The notes below the pieces were generated by a model. It ran no database searches. It saw only the letters and a list, made by a program, of their open reading frames with translations, and was not told where the DNA came from. Below, one piece after another: positions 40,727 to 52,599 of a stretch of DNA of 64,000 bases. The translations under genes and the position numbers were made by a program. Within the stretch, counting starts at the first letter, position 1. Every line of letters begins with the position of its first letter. Origin of the DNA: Antedon mediterranea (Eukaryota > Animalia > Echinodermata); contig NC_092670.1 in assembly GCF_964355755.1 (NCBI RefSeq), positions 1,726,201 through 1,790,200 on the forward strand, in the 5' to 3' direction.

Positions 40727-41641
40727 TAAGTGTAGTGTTATTTATGCAATATCTTGATATATAATATGATATTGGATGACGGATGCTTTTGATTCAAAAG
40801 TTGTTGTTGTCTAGCCCCATGAGGTTAGCACCAATCCGGTGCTGCCCTAAAAACTTCACCGACATTGATGAGCCTTCAATTTGGACGAATCGACCATTGG
40901 GATTACGGCCAGTCTTCTAGAGTTTGTACAAAATTCGGGTAGATTTCTACGGGCCTACAGTGAATTCATTTTCAATTACCTCAACTCAAGGTAATCAATT
41001 ACCTAGCCTAGGTGAATACAGCCTAGGTCCTCTAGGCTGTATTCACCTAAAACACATTTTTATTTATCAAAGTCGATCGTATTCACAATTTGATTACTGG
41101 AGATCAAAGAAAGGCTGTATCTGTGATTGAGTCACATCAGTTACACACAACTTAACAGACACTGCACACTGCAGAGGATATGTAGATAGTATTAGTACAC
41201 AGTACTGTTGGTATTTGTCGCAGCCAGACTTAAGATCAAAGGACAGTTAGGAGTTCCTATTTCTTGGCAAGACGAGTTGTATCGGTTTACGATGAAATCG
41301 GTCGCGTTTGAAATCGGTCGCGATAAAATCAACTTCCGGTATTTTGTATGGCGCGCCGCTAGAGCTATACTTTTGATGATATCGGTCGCGTTTGAAATCG
41401 GTCGTCGCGCTATTTTGTATGGATCGAGCGGGATGCATGCTAGAGCAGGATATACATGTTTCGTTTTAAAATATAGATTTAATTAATATTTTTAGGAACT
41501 GAACTAGATTATTTATGTGGATATTTTTTACTTGGTTAATAAATATTTATTATCAATCATTAAATTATTTTTTTTTGTATTTCACAGGTCTCGGAGAAGG
41601 ACTGTGTCTTTTCAAAATGGCCATTTCTAAAACACATTTAA

Positions 41642-44600
41642 GAGCCATTGTCTGTAAAAATCAAAGATTTGGTGGCAGATGTAACAAAATGGATTTCTCT
41701 CAAATTTTTACCATGAATAGACATTTCAATAAAAAGCATATCTACAACATTCATTTTAATTTTTAGCCTCCGTTGCCATGACAACGGTCAATTATCCAAA
41801 TTTTGTTGTTTTTGCCATTTTTCACAGATTTTCTATAGTGAAAAAGTACAAACTTGTATACTTATTTTAACCAAAAATACTTACATTATACGGTTTTTGT
41901 TTATAGCAGTGTAAACAACATGTATTGAGTTCCATTTAATGTAGAAAAAAAATAAATTACAAAATGGATTTTGGTTGATACCATTATTTTAAAAAGGGGT
42001 GTTTTTAAAAAAATATTTTTTTTATAAAAGTATACCTCATAAACGTACCTATAACTTCCAAAGTGGTGTTTTTAAATCAATGAGGTTTTTTAATTTGATA
42101 GTCAATAGGTTTTTCAACAATAATCACGAAAAAAACACTGGGGTAAATTTCGTACATAGGTTTTGTGTTGCCAGGAAAATACGAAAAATGCAAAAAATAT
42201 AACAAAATATCAACAAACAAAACACATGAAACACAATTTAAATATGGCTAATCCAATAATAAAATGTATATATGGCTTGTCATATTGCTACTAGAGTCAT
42301 ACGAATAGTTTAGATAAAATAGGAGAATGTGTTGCCAGGTTTATTTCAATTAATTGCCAGAAAAACAGTATTTTGCATTGAAATATTTAGTTGATGGAAA
42401 ATAATGTTAAACTTGGAAATAATTGAGTCAATGGTTTTTATAAATTTTTAAATCTATTTTGTGTAAAGAGATACAGAAAGACCTCCCAAAAAATCTGACC
42501 TTGTAAATAGGTCATTTGAGGTCAAAAGGGGTCAGATTGCAAAACAGGACAGGTCCCCACTTTACTACAACTATTAATGTTTGATCAAAATTTACAAGAT
42601 AGTTCATAACAATTCTCAACAATTTTCATATTTTACCTATAGTGTTACCTTAGCAACCATTTCTATGTGTAACTAAGGAAAGTAATTTTTAAAAAACGTA
42701 AAAAATGGCGTTTTTATAAATACAAAGAATTGATTGCATTTGTACATGTTTCTCAATTTTACTTCTACTGCATTCCATTAATGACAAACTTGACCTTGTA
42801 AATTCATTCATTTTGAGGTCAACATTTTACCATAGTAACTGTTTCTATGCGAAAATTTAAAAAAAATAAGGGGTTTTTCATAAATAAAAAACATTTTTTC
42901 TACATAGTTTTACATTTCTACTTTTTGCCAAATTTACTTTAAATACTGAATCCTAATAATCTCAGAAAGAAAGTCTTGACGAATCTGAATAAAGGTTAAA
43001 AAAAATGACCTTTAGTGTTATCTTAAACCTGTTTACGTAACAAATGATATTTTAAAAAAAAATTAAATATGGAGTTTCATGAAAAAATAAAAATTTTACA
43101 TATTGAGGTCAAATGACATCAACATTTTACCTATAGTGTATTGTAGCAACTGTTTCTATACGTAACTAAGTACAATATTTTTAATATGGGGTTTCATGAC
43201 TACAAACAATTGATTACATAGCTTTACTACCTTTTCCCAAATTTACTTATCTACTGAATCCCAGAAAATGTCTGACCTTGTGAAAAAAAATTTTTGGGTC
43301 AAGTTATGTCAAAATGTATTATTTATGTTATCTTAGAACCTGTTTCTATGCGTAACTAAGGATAATTGTTTTGTTAAATACAGTTGAACCTCCCGTAAGT
43401 GGCCACCCTCGGGACCTGGAAAAGTGGCCGCTTACGGGCGGTGACCCCTTACGGGAGGTTCTGCCGATAAAGGGCCAAAATCACTTATTATGGCTATATA
43501 CGATATTCTTAACGAAACGAGCCTCTCAATTTTCCAGCTAATTGTAGGCATATTATTATTTATAATCAGGTGGTTTAGTATTTTTTAGCATTTTCAGACA
43601 AATTTTAAAAACTTTTATCATATGAAAAATGGTCGGTCAAAATCTGTGTAGTTTTCTCATCTCTTCACAGTAATGTTTTTAAAACCTCTTCAAAATAAAG
43701 CTAATATATAAAGAAATACAATAAACATGCACCTCTAATTCATAGGTCCATGCAATAAGTATCACATTTTTCGATTGGCCGCTTACAAAAAATCTCACTT
43801 TTAGTATAAAAAGGTGCTCGCAGCTGCTTACGGTAAGCACCAAATGCACTAATTAGATAGGAAGAACAAACAGGCTTTTCAAAGTGCGTCCGTTAAGGGA
43901 GGTGGCCGCTGTAAATAAAATATGGGGTTTTCATGAATAAAAATAATCACAGAAGAAAGTGCTTACGAATATGACCTTGTGAAACGGTAATTTGAAAATG
44001 CAAATAAGGCATGCCTGCTAATAATCTACAAATTTAAATTTGTATGAGATAAATATGCAAAATCTAAAGAATATCTCATTTTTAGTTACCATAGTAACTG
44101 TTGCTATGCATAACTAAGGGAAATTAAATAATTATCAGATAATTATTAATTAATAATTATTACTGAATCCAACCATCACAGTAAAAAAATATAGAATTTA
44201 AAACCAATATTTAATAATAAAGTGTGATATTTTACATGCTGACCTTAAATGAAATGAAATTTCAAATCAGGGCTTCAATATTTGTTATGTAGCATTAACA
44301 TACCTGAGTATATCATTGACTTTTGATTGGTTCTATTTTGGGGAGGGGAAAGTGGTGGATCCAGGACTTTTAAATAGTTAGGTGGTTGAAGGCGAGGGTC
44401 TAAAAACTTAACTTTATGTCCTATCTTTTGCATTGCAATTTTTAACTTGGGGTGGGTGGGGGCTTGGAGAAAAGGGGGAGGTGGTTGGATGGAGGAGTTT
44501 GAATCCGTCTATTCATTGGGGCGATAGTAGCGGCAGTGTGGGTGGTGCTTGAATGCATGCATTTGACACTCTATAGTGGATGATCGACCAAAGTGTTGCA

Positions 44601-45550
44601 GTTTATCTTTTTGTGGTTATAGTCGGGGTGGGGGTGGGGAGGGGTGGTAGTCGAAAGTGGTGGTGGATGGGCATATGGGATCTGCTTAGGTTAGCAAATA
44701 AAAGAAGTAAACAAATGAAAGAGGAGCTTCAAAATAAGAGAGGAGTAATCTGTTGCAAAGATTAAAATTCACAACGATCTGATAATTTATTCAAATTTCC
44801 AGAGGATATAACCTATAAAATGACATTAAAACTGGGAATTACAGAATCTATAATTAAAAATTAATTTTTTTTCTCACAATTCAACACAACTAGAACTATA
44901 TAAAACATTAAGAATTTTTCTGACCAATGAGTTTCAAATCAAATAATCAAAGAAAATAAAATGTTTTTACTAATATACCATGTTTTTTTTTATATAAAAA
45001 TGCCTATGTTTCTCGCAACACTGCTTGTAGATTTTAAATTTACCCCAGTATTTTATTTTAGAAATCAATTATTAAACATTAGAACTACCTATTTGTAATA
45101 AATCAGCTAAAAAAATACACCACTTTGGGCGTTATGGTGAAGTAAAGTTTAGTTGCATTGAACAATTTAAAAAAAGTGAAAAACACCCCTTTTTAAATAA
45201 ATGGTATCTCCCAAAGTATGAAATAAAAAAAAATAAAAAATTTGAAACAGGTACACAATGCATTGTTATTATGCATACACTAATTATTTTTTATAATTAA
45301 ATGAACAACACAAAAATATCGCTCATCAAAGTAGTGCCAATATCCATTTTAAAAAACCTTAAAAAAGGACAAAATTTGTCAAAAACACAAATTTGGCCGT
45401 TGCCATGGAAATATACGTTTGAAATAAAAAATACTTCATATTTGATTTCTCTCAACACATATATAGCCATGTGCAAAATTTGAAAGAAATCCATTTTTTT
45501 GAGTCTGCCACTTTTTTTGATATTTCTTTGATTCTTACAGACAATGGCTC
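41642..45550. mobile_element. Non-autonomous Kolobok-like transposon (copy 2, 3909 bp)
   Basis: Same TIRs as copy 1; TTAA at 41638-41641 and 45551-45554. The empty site is visible in the paralogous arm near 48102 (single TTAA). Confidence 0.88.
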
Positions 45551-45753
45551 TTAAATATTATATTAGGCATAATGTTATATTAGGCATATAATAATTTACC
45601 TCTATTTATATGTACTGTAATTAATATATTATTATATAGAGAATATACGTCTGTCGTGTCTTTTATTATGCAAACAATTACGTAAAAGAGAATAATTTAT
45701 TTAAAAACAATAATTTTTACAATATAGCCCGCAAAGCCAGCGTATCCATTTTT

Positions 45754-46087
45754 TACTCGGGGTACCCGAGTCTAGGACTTACTCATTTTCTCCTCTTCTT
45801 CCATCTGGACACTATTGAGTAAAAAGTGCGATTTTTAAAGTACTACTCCTCCCTTATTAGTTGTAGTATTGAGCTGGGATTTGCCATGAATATACTACAG
45901 GGACATGTCCTAAAATCTATAGAGCCGGATTTTTAAACTTCAAACCGGATGCAGCCATATGACGTCTCGAAGATGGTACCATATAGCCGTATTTGGTAGG
46001 TTATTGATGTGTATGTGACGTCACATCCGTCTTATGACGTCATTACAGCTTCATTTGCTGTACCCCGGGTATCGCACATTCGTGCTT
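45754..46087 (+). mobile_element. Helentron-associated (HINE/DINE-1-like) non-autonomous element, copy 1
   Basis: 5' sub-TIR TACTCGGGGTAC within a palindrome (ACTCGGGGTACCCGAGT), 3' sub-TIR GTACCCCGGGTA, terminal hairpin GCACattcGTGC, T-runs on both flanks, no TSD. Confidence 0.7.
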
Positions 46088-46156
46088 TTTTGTTAATTTG
46101 TTTAATTAAGAAGCCACAATGTGTGACACACCACACAGCGTAAGGTAGTTATATGC

Positions 46157-46232
46157 GGCTTCTTGGCGTAGTGGTTATCACGTTTGCTTAACACGCAGAA
46201 GGTACCTGGTTCGAGCCCGGGCGATCGAAACC
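46157..46232 (+). pseudogene. Degenerate tRNA-Val(AAC)
   Basis: GGCTTCTTGGCGTAGTGGTTATCACGTTTGC-TTAACAC-GCAGAAGGTACCTGGTTCGAGCCCGGGCGATCGAAACC then oligo-T. A and B boxes intact; acceptor stem disrupted by mismatches and a 4-nt insertion. Confidence 0.8.
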
Positions 46233-46448
46233 TTTTTTTTTAAATTTTATGGTGAAAAGTACTGTATACGGAATATGATAATTATACACAGTATATCTTA
46301 TTTTTATTATTTTTTGAAATAACTATTTTGTGTAATCGGTAATTATCACTTTTACACATGTTTCTTTTGCTTTGTGCTTATTACCATATTTATTCTGTAA
46401 TGTAAATGGATTAAAAAACTTTGTGTAACCCACATTTTTAGTGCAAGA

Positions 46449-46526
46449 GGTTTCGTAGTGTAGTGGTTGTCAAGTCTGCTTAACAACACGCAGAAGGTCC
46501 CGGTTGTTCGAGCCCTGGCGAAACCT
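46449..46526 (+). pseudogene. Degenerate tRNA-Val(AAC) with expanded anticodon loop
   Basis: Perfect acceptor stem GGTTTCG/CGAAACC and anticodon stem TCTGC/GCAGA. The loop is TTAACAACAC (10 nt, AAC duplicated) and GTT is duplicated in the T arm. T-run downstream. Confidence 0.8.
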
Positions 46527-46594
46527 ATTTTTCTTTAACTTTATGGTGAAATATACTGTATACGTAATATGATATAGAGTATATCTCGTTTTAT

Positions 46595-46944
46595 TACTCG
46601 GGGTACCTGAGTCTAGGACTCTCTCATCTTTTCCTCTTCTTCTACCATCCAGACACTATTGAGCAAAAAGTGCGATTTATAAATTTATAAAGTACTACTC
46701 CTCCCTTATTCGTTGTAGTATTGAGCTCGGATTTAGCATGAATATACTACAGGGACATGTCCTCAAAGCTATAGAGCCGGATTTTTTAATTTCAAACCGC
46801 ATGCAGCCATATCACGTCTCGAAGATGGTACCGTATAGCCGTATTTGGTAGCGCGGTTATTGATGTGTATGTGACGTTACATCCGGTTTTATGACGTCAT
46901 TACAGCTTCTTTCACTGTACCCCGAGTATTGCACATTCGTGCTT
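46595..46944 (+). mobile_element. Helentron-associated (HINE-like) element, copy 2
   Basis: Diverged direct copy of 45754-46087: TACTCGGGGTAC ... GTACCCCGAGTA, hairpin GCACattcGTGC, TT. Confidence 0.7.
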
Positions 46945-48559
46945 GTTATACTTATGCATACTGTGGCAGATTATATCATATCCATGTCGTTAACAACATT
47001 ACTATTCGATCACCTTATTTTTATTTCTATTTTATTTCTATCCGTTATGTAGGATAATATTAAGTGTATAATGATTATTGTTGAGGCAAATCACGTGTAT
47101 ATTTTTATTTCTAATGTTTAAAATAGTTTTTAGTAAAATGATCATTATATGCGGATGGTTAAAAGGCGAGTTACTGAAATAACCCCCCCGAATAATCCAT
47201 ATTGTGGAGATGCGCCTTCTATGATCGTGCAGCCCTTAACAATACGTTATTTTGCTGACGGGGTTTCCCCTTTTTAAAAAACACGCACTTGTTAGTGTTA
47301 AATCATGGACAAAACACGTACGATCGCTGTCCATGGCGAAGTAAAGATGACGTCTATTTACTAATAACCATACGTTTGAAACGTCTATAGGCCTCTTGCA
47401 TGTGTTTTTGTGAAACGATCCAACGAGCTAGATGCTCGACGCGATTATGAGATCATGTTCATTCATTCATTCATTCTTTATTTAGCATTTAAAATCGAAA
47501 TACATTTAAAACATATAGGTAACAAAAACAAGACAGGTGGAAATCTAAGGAGGCAAGGATAAGCAAAAGCAATTAAAATCGCTGTAGCTCACAGGCTTGT
47601 TTATCCATAATAATTCCGAATAAAGCACTGTTTCTATAATTTGACAGTATGATTTATATATAATTTACGTATATACGTCGGCGATAGGCCTACTGTAGAT
47701 TTTAATTTGAATATCTTTTATTTCTTCATTTATAATAAATTAATCATTTAATGTAAATAATTAAGTAAGTGCAACTAAGTGTCTCACATTCATACGCCGT
47801 TCGTAAATCTAAATGTTTAAATATCAGTGCAGATTACCTCTTTGAGAATCGTGTCCACCTTTATTATCATCCATATATTATTATTCTCACATCTATCATT
47901 GTATATCATATTCCTACTGTAGGCCGGTAGATTGATTTATAACAGCATATTATCTATATATTTTATTAATATCCTAAAACCATACGTAATTGTTTGCATA
48001 ATAAAAGACACGACATACGATATTCTCTATATAATATATTAATTACAGTATATAGAGGTAAATTATTATATGCCTAATATAACATTATGCCTAATATAAT
48101 ATTTAAACGTGTTTAGAAATGGCCATTTTGAAAAGACACAGTCCTTTTCCGAGACCTGTGAAATACAAAAAAAAAAATTAATTTAATGATTGATAATAAA
48201 TACTTATTCACCAAGTAAAAAATCTCCACATAAAAAATCTAGTTCCTAAAAAATATCAATTAAATCTATATAAACGAAAAATGTATATCCCGCTCTAGCA
48301 TGCATCCCGCTCGATCCATACAAAATAACGTGACCGATTTCAAATGCGACCGATATCATCAAAAGTATAGCTCTAGCGGCGCGCCATACAAAATACCGGA
48401 AGTTGATTTTATCGCGACCGATTTCAAACGCGACCGATTTCAAGCGCGACCGATATCCTGTTGTTAGATTGTCTTGGTCTTGCCAGCCACCATGCTTTTC
48501 ATATATTTTAAGAATCTTACTCACTAAATAAAATTATTTTTGTTGTCCAAATTGCAGCA

Positions 48560-49817
48560 ATGGCTTCCAAGATATCAACTCTTGTGTCAACAAAGTGGTT
48601 ATTTGAGCAGATATCACAAGGTATGAAGAACCTCTGCGTTGTCGACTCCTCTTGGTACCTGCGATCAGCAAAACGCAACCCGTTTGAGGAATACAAACAA
48701 AAACATATTCCTGGTGCCTTCTTTTACAACCTTGCTGCCAACTGTGATAAGACCTCCGCATACCCTCATACCATACAATCTCCTGATGCTTTCTCAAAGT
48801 CTATTGGTAAACTTGGAGTGTCATCGGACACTCATGTAGTTGTGTATGATGCTAGTGACAAGGCTGGGTTTTTCTCCGCTCCTCGTTTATGGTGGTTGCT
48901 AAAGTTTTTCGGACATAAACAGGTGTCCATCCTAAATGGCGGCTTTGTGAAATGGGTCAGTGACGGATATGATGTCACTGATGAAATACCAGAAGTAAAT
49001 GAGGCTCAATTTGTAGCAAAGTTTCATCCAGAAAAACTAAAGAGCTTTGACGATATGATGAGCAACATCAAAGAGCAGGAGTACCAGGTCATGGATGCAA
49101 GATCTAAAGGAAGATTTGATGGCACCTCACCAGAACCAAGAGCAGGTATAGTACAAGTAAAATTTCTTTTTTTTAAATGATTTTTTAAAACAAACTTACA
49201 GCACAAAATTCAACATCTTGAATTTTCAACACGTGTCTTCATCAGAAGAATCCGATGAGTGTTATGAGGATAAGTGACCTTCTATGACTTGATAATGTCA
49301 GTCAGAAGATTTCACTTTACAAGGACGGTAACACCCGTCCTTGGTCACAGTTCAGAGGTTTCTTCTTTCTTTTTTGGAGTTTTTCTTTTTGTCTCTGCAT
49401 AAATGCAAGGTTGGTCAGAAATGTAAAAGAATTTTATAAAAAGAAAATTGATTTGAACTTGTTTTTAGTGTTCATTAACATACCTTAATAAAATATATTA
49501 TAAATTTTGTTTCCCTTTTTTGTAAAGATATCAAACCTGGTCACATGGCTAATTCCATCAACATGCCGTATTCCACCATCATCGATATAGAAAACAAATT
49601 ATTCAGAAGTCCAGACGAAATTAAGAAGATTTTTGAAGAAAAAGGCATTGACTTAAGTAAACCGCTAACTGCTACGTGCGGTTCTGGAATATCTGCATGT
49701 ATATTGATCCTCGGGGCTCACCTTGCCGGCAAGGACGACACTTTCCTTTTCGATGGTTCATGGGTAGAATTCTTTTTAAGAGCAAAACCAGAGGACATTC
49801 ATAGTATAATTCATTAG
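48560..49817 (+). CDS. MPST: 3-mercaptopyruvate sulfurtransferase / rhodanese family (tandem rhodanese domains), 291 aa
   Basis: Exons 48560-49145 and 49528-49817. LVSTKWL, HIPGAFF, SAPRLWWLLKFFGH, DARSKGRFDG..PEPR, active-site loop CGSGIS (MPST type rather than TST CRKGVT), FDGSWVE. Confidence 0.93.
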
Positions 49818-50492
49818 CCATTAGGACACAAACTTAGGTGTGCACTTAATATGGCTCTGAATTATTAATTGTCTGAGAATGCAAAGTTAACATGTTGAGG
49901 GTTATATGCACTGCATTCCATGTGATTTATTATGCAAGTATATCAATATTTAAGTTTAATATTTATTATATCAAATATTTAAAATGTGATCCTAGCTACA
50001 GTAATGGTATCAGGTAATGGTATCAGGTAATGGTAATGGTACAGTAATGGTATCAGGACATTAAATCTACCTGTAATTTGTGCTTCGTTTGTGTTCCATT
50101 TTTTTATGTTTTAAATTGGTACGTCATTGTGCAATATCAAGTTTATTCCTCAAACAATTCTGCAAAAAATAAACCTGGGCTTCATAGTTAGAATGATGTG
50201 GCTGATCTCTGGAAGAACTTAAACCAAACAATAAAGACAGTTTGGTGGAACCAGTTCAGTGTTCCTTCTGGAACATGTTCATCTCTACCATCACCCAAAT
50301 CCTTCCATCAATTGCTTACTATAAACAAAGATGCCATTTAGTATTCTTCAATCAATAAACATTTAATAATATCATTTAAATTACTATTTCCAACATACCT
50401 AAAATAAATAATAATAATCAGTTGTGACAACAGACTAGATTTATCGAAAGATTTTGAACAGGTCTAAATATAAATTTAACAGTCTTCTCTTA

Positions 50493-50601
50493 AGCTCTGA
50501 CTACACTATCAAACAAGTTTGACAAAAAAGGTGTGATATGCTTAAATAAGGTAGTGATATGCCGTCATCATCACATAAAGTTTGATAGTGCAGACAGAGC
50601 T
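50493..50601. mobile_element. MITE family A, short copy
   Basis: Same TIRs as 19347-19494, TTA on both sides. Confidence 0.8.
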
Positions 50602-51959
50602 TTACTAAGGAGGACCCTAATGAAATATAGTATTGTTTTACAAAATCATATATTACCAAGATATTCAGACAGATATTCTCATATTTAGATTCTAAACTGA
50701 ATACAAATGTTGTATCCATTTTAATACCACAAAAAGCGCATCAAGTTGTCAAATTAAATGTAGTAACAATTATAATATAATAATAACAGAATGTGTACTG
50801 AATACACAAAACACGACAACTAAAGTTAAAAAGATTTTTTCACTTAAGTTACTTGAAGGAGTTCTGCATAGGTATTTTTACAAATTAATTTATATACACA
50901 CCCACCAACAAGAACTTGGCAGACCAACTATGCCTGGTTCTATGTTGTTGTTTTTTTTTTAAATTGAGAACTGTTTAAGTTTTGTATTTTCTATCCTTTT
51001 CCATGCCTAGCTTTGGGACAGTTGACAAACAGTAAATATTATCTTAAAAATTCTATAGTAACAAAATTACTTTATTGGTGGCCACTATCACTACCATTCC
51101 AATATACATCTATAGAATATATTAAAATATTAAAAATCTTTAAACAGAGGAGTATATATTATATCGGCGAGTCTTGGATCAGAAAACATAACCTCCATTT
51201 TCATGTATTGCAGAAGAATATTCAGCCTCCCCAATAGTGGAACAACACAATATCAAGTGATGCATTGTGGGAGTCCCATATTTAGTCTGAATGCGGGAAT
51301 GACACTTTCTGGAAGAATATTATTGTCAGCAATGCCCTTTTTGTATGATAGCTAAGTCTTCTAACCACTTGGTTACTGCGATACCATTTATGTAATGTAC
51401 CAAAGTTGATCCATCTCAATTAGATTGTGGCTTATACAATATATTTGATTATCTCGACATTTGGTCAAGGATATTAAATTATAATAATCATTAAAATATT
51501 ACTTAAATATTTATTTACATCACCTCAAAGCTCTGCATTCAAACTTTTAAAATAACTAATAAATTAATTTCACAATCATTTGGTGGTAAGATTTAGGCGA
51601 CAAGTAAAAAATATATTAATACTGATGAAAAGTAACAAATACAAGTGCCATTGATGGGAAGTACCGTTTGGAGTAAAATGGATTTGTCAAATACAGAATT
51701 GTGACAAGTGTTTTCATTCCAAATATGACATTCTGAATAAATTAAAACAGAAAAACAATTTCTTGCACAGAATAAAACAAACATTCTTATATACTGTATA
51801 TATTGCTAGTTTTATATGTACATATCTTTCTTCTACAGATATCTATATATTTCCTTTTTACATAAAGTTTTAGAAATTTGAATAAAAAATTAGGTTTCAA
51901 GAAGGAAGCCTATATAAAATAAAGAAGTCAAAACAGCAACCAGGTTCATTAGTTAGAGG

Positions 51960-52077
51960 GTTAGACTTTATCTACAACAATGGGGACCTTCAGCCATCCT
52001 CAACCTTGAGTGAGTGAGAGTTAGACTTTATCTACAACAATAGGGACCTTCAGCCATCCTCAACCTTGAGTGAGTGA
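51960..52077. repeat. 60-bp direct duplication
   Basis: GTTAGACTTTATCTACAACAAT.GGGACCTTCAGCCATCCTCAACCTTGAGTGAGTGA x2. Confidence 0.9.
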
Positions 52078-52599
52078 AATTTTTAATGTGGTTACTTTCT
52101 ATACCACAAAAATACATAACATCCATGACTATATATCAATTATTTATAGTTAAGTTCTCTCCCAGACAAATAATTTCAACAGCATTTTTTTTCAAAATGT
52201 GATTAAAAAACTAAATTGTTGATGTATTTCAACAACATAAACCTGACTCAGGTGTAAGAAATTTAAATATTCTAATTTAACAGTGGCAGATACATTATCT
52301 AATACAGGTGGTCACTTAGCCTCATCAATACAGCTTTTACTGAAGAAGACAAATGTACGGTGTTGGAGGTAGCTTAAAACTCAAGGTTAATCTACCAGAG
52401 GCTACAAAATGCACCTTTATATATTATTTGTTATCCCACCTAAATATGACATTTCTCTCAGTAAATATTCTGACTAAGGTGTAGTCTATTCCCTTACCTT
52501 CTCTGGCCCTATTCCCCATTACCCCTTTGCCCTATTACCCCTGTCCCCACAATTTTCCCCATTACCCCCAGTCTCCACAATGTTCTCTTCTACATGTTC

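Larger units (their letters stand above)
41280..48458. mobile_element. Foldback-like element with about 480-bp terminal inverted repeats; left arm split by the Kolobok-like insertion
   Basis: 41293-41641 joined to 45555-45684 is the reverse complement of 47983-about 48450. Outer ends carry repeated GAAATCGGTCGCG motifs. No TSD identified. Confidence 0.65.

Noticed and set aside
41208-41486. Similar 92-aa ORFs at 41208-41486 (+) and 48246-48524 (-) as a duplicated gene
   Set aside because: They are translations of the inverted-repeat arms and their GAAATCGGTCGCG multimers, with no recognisable domain.
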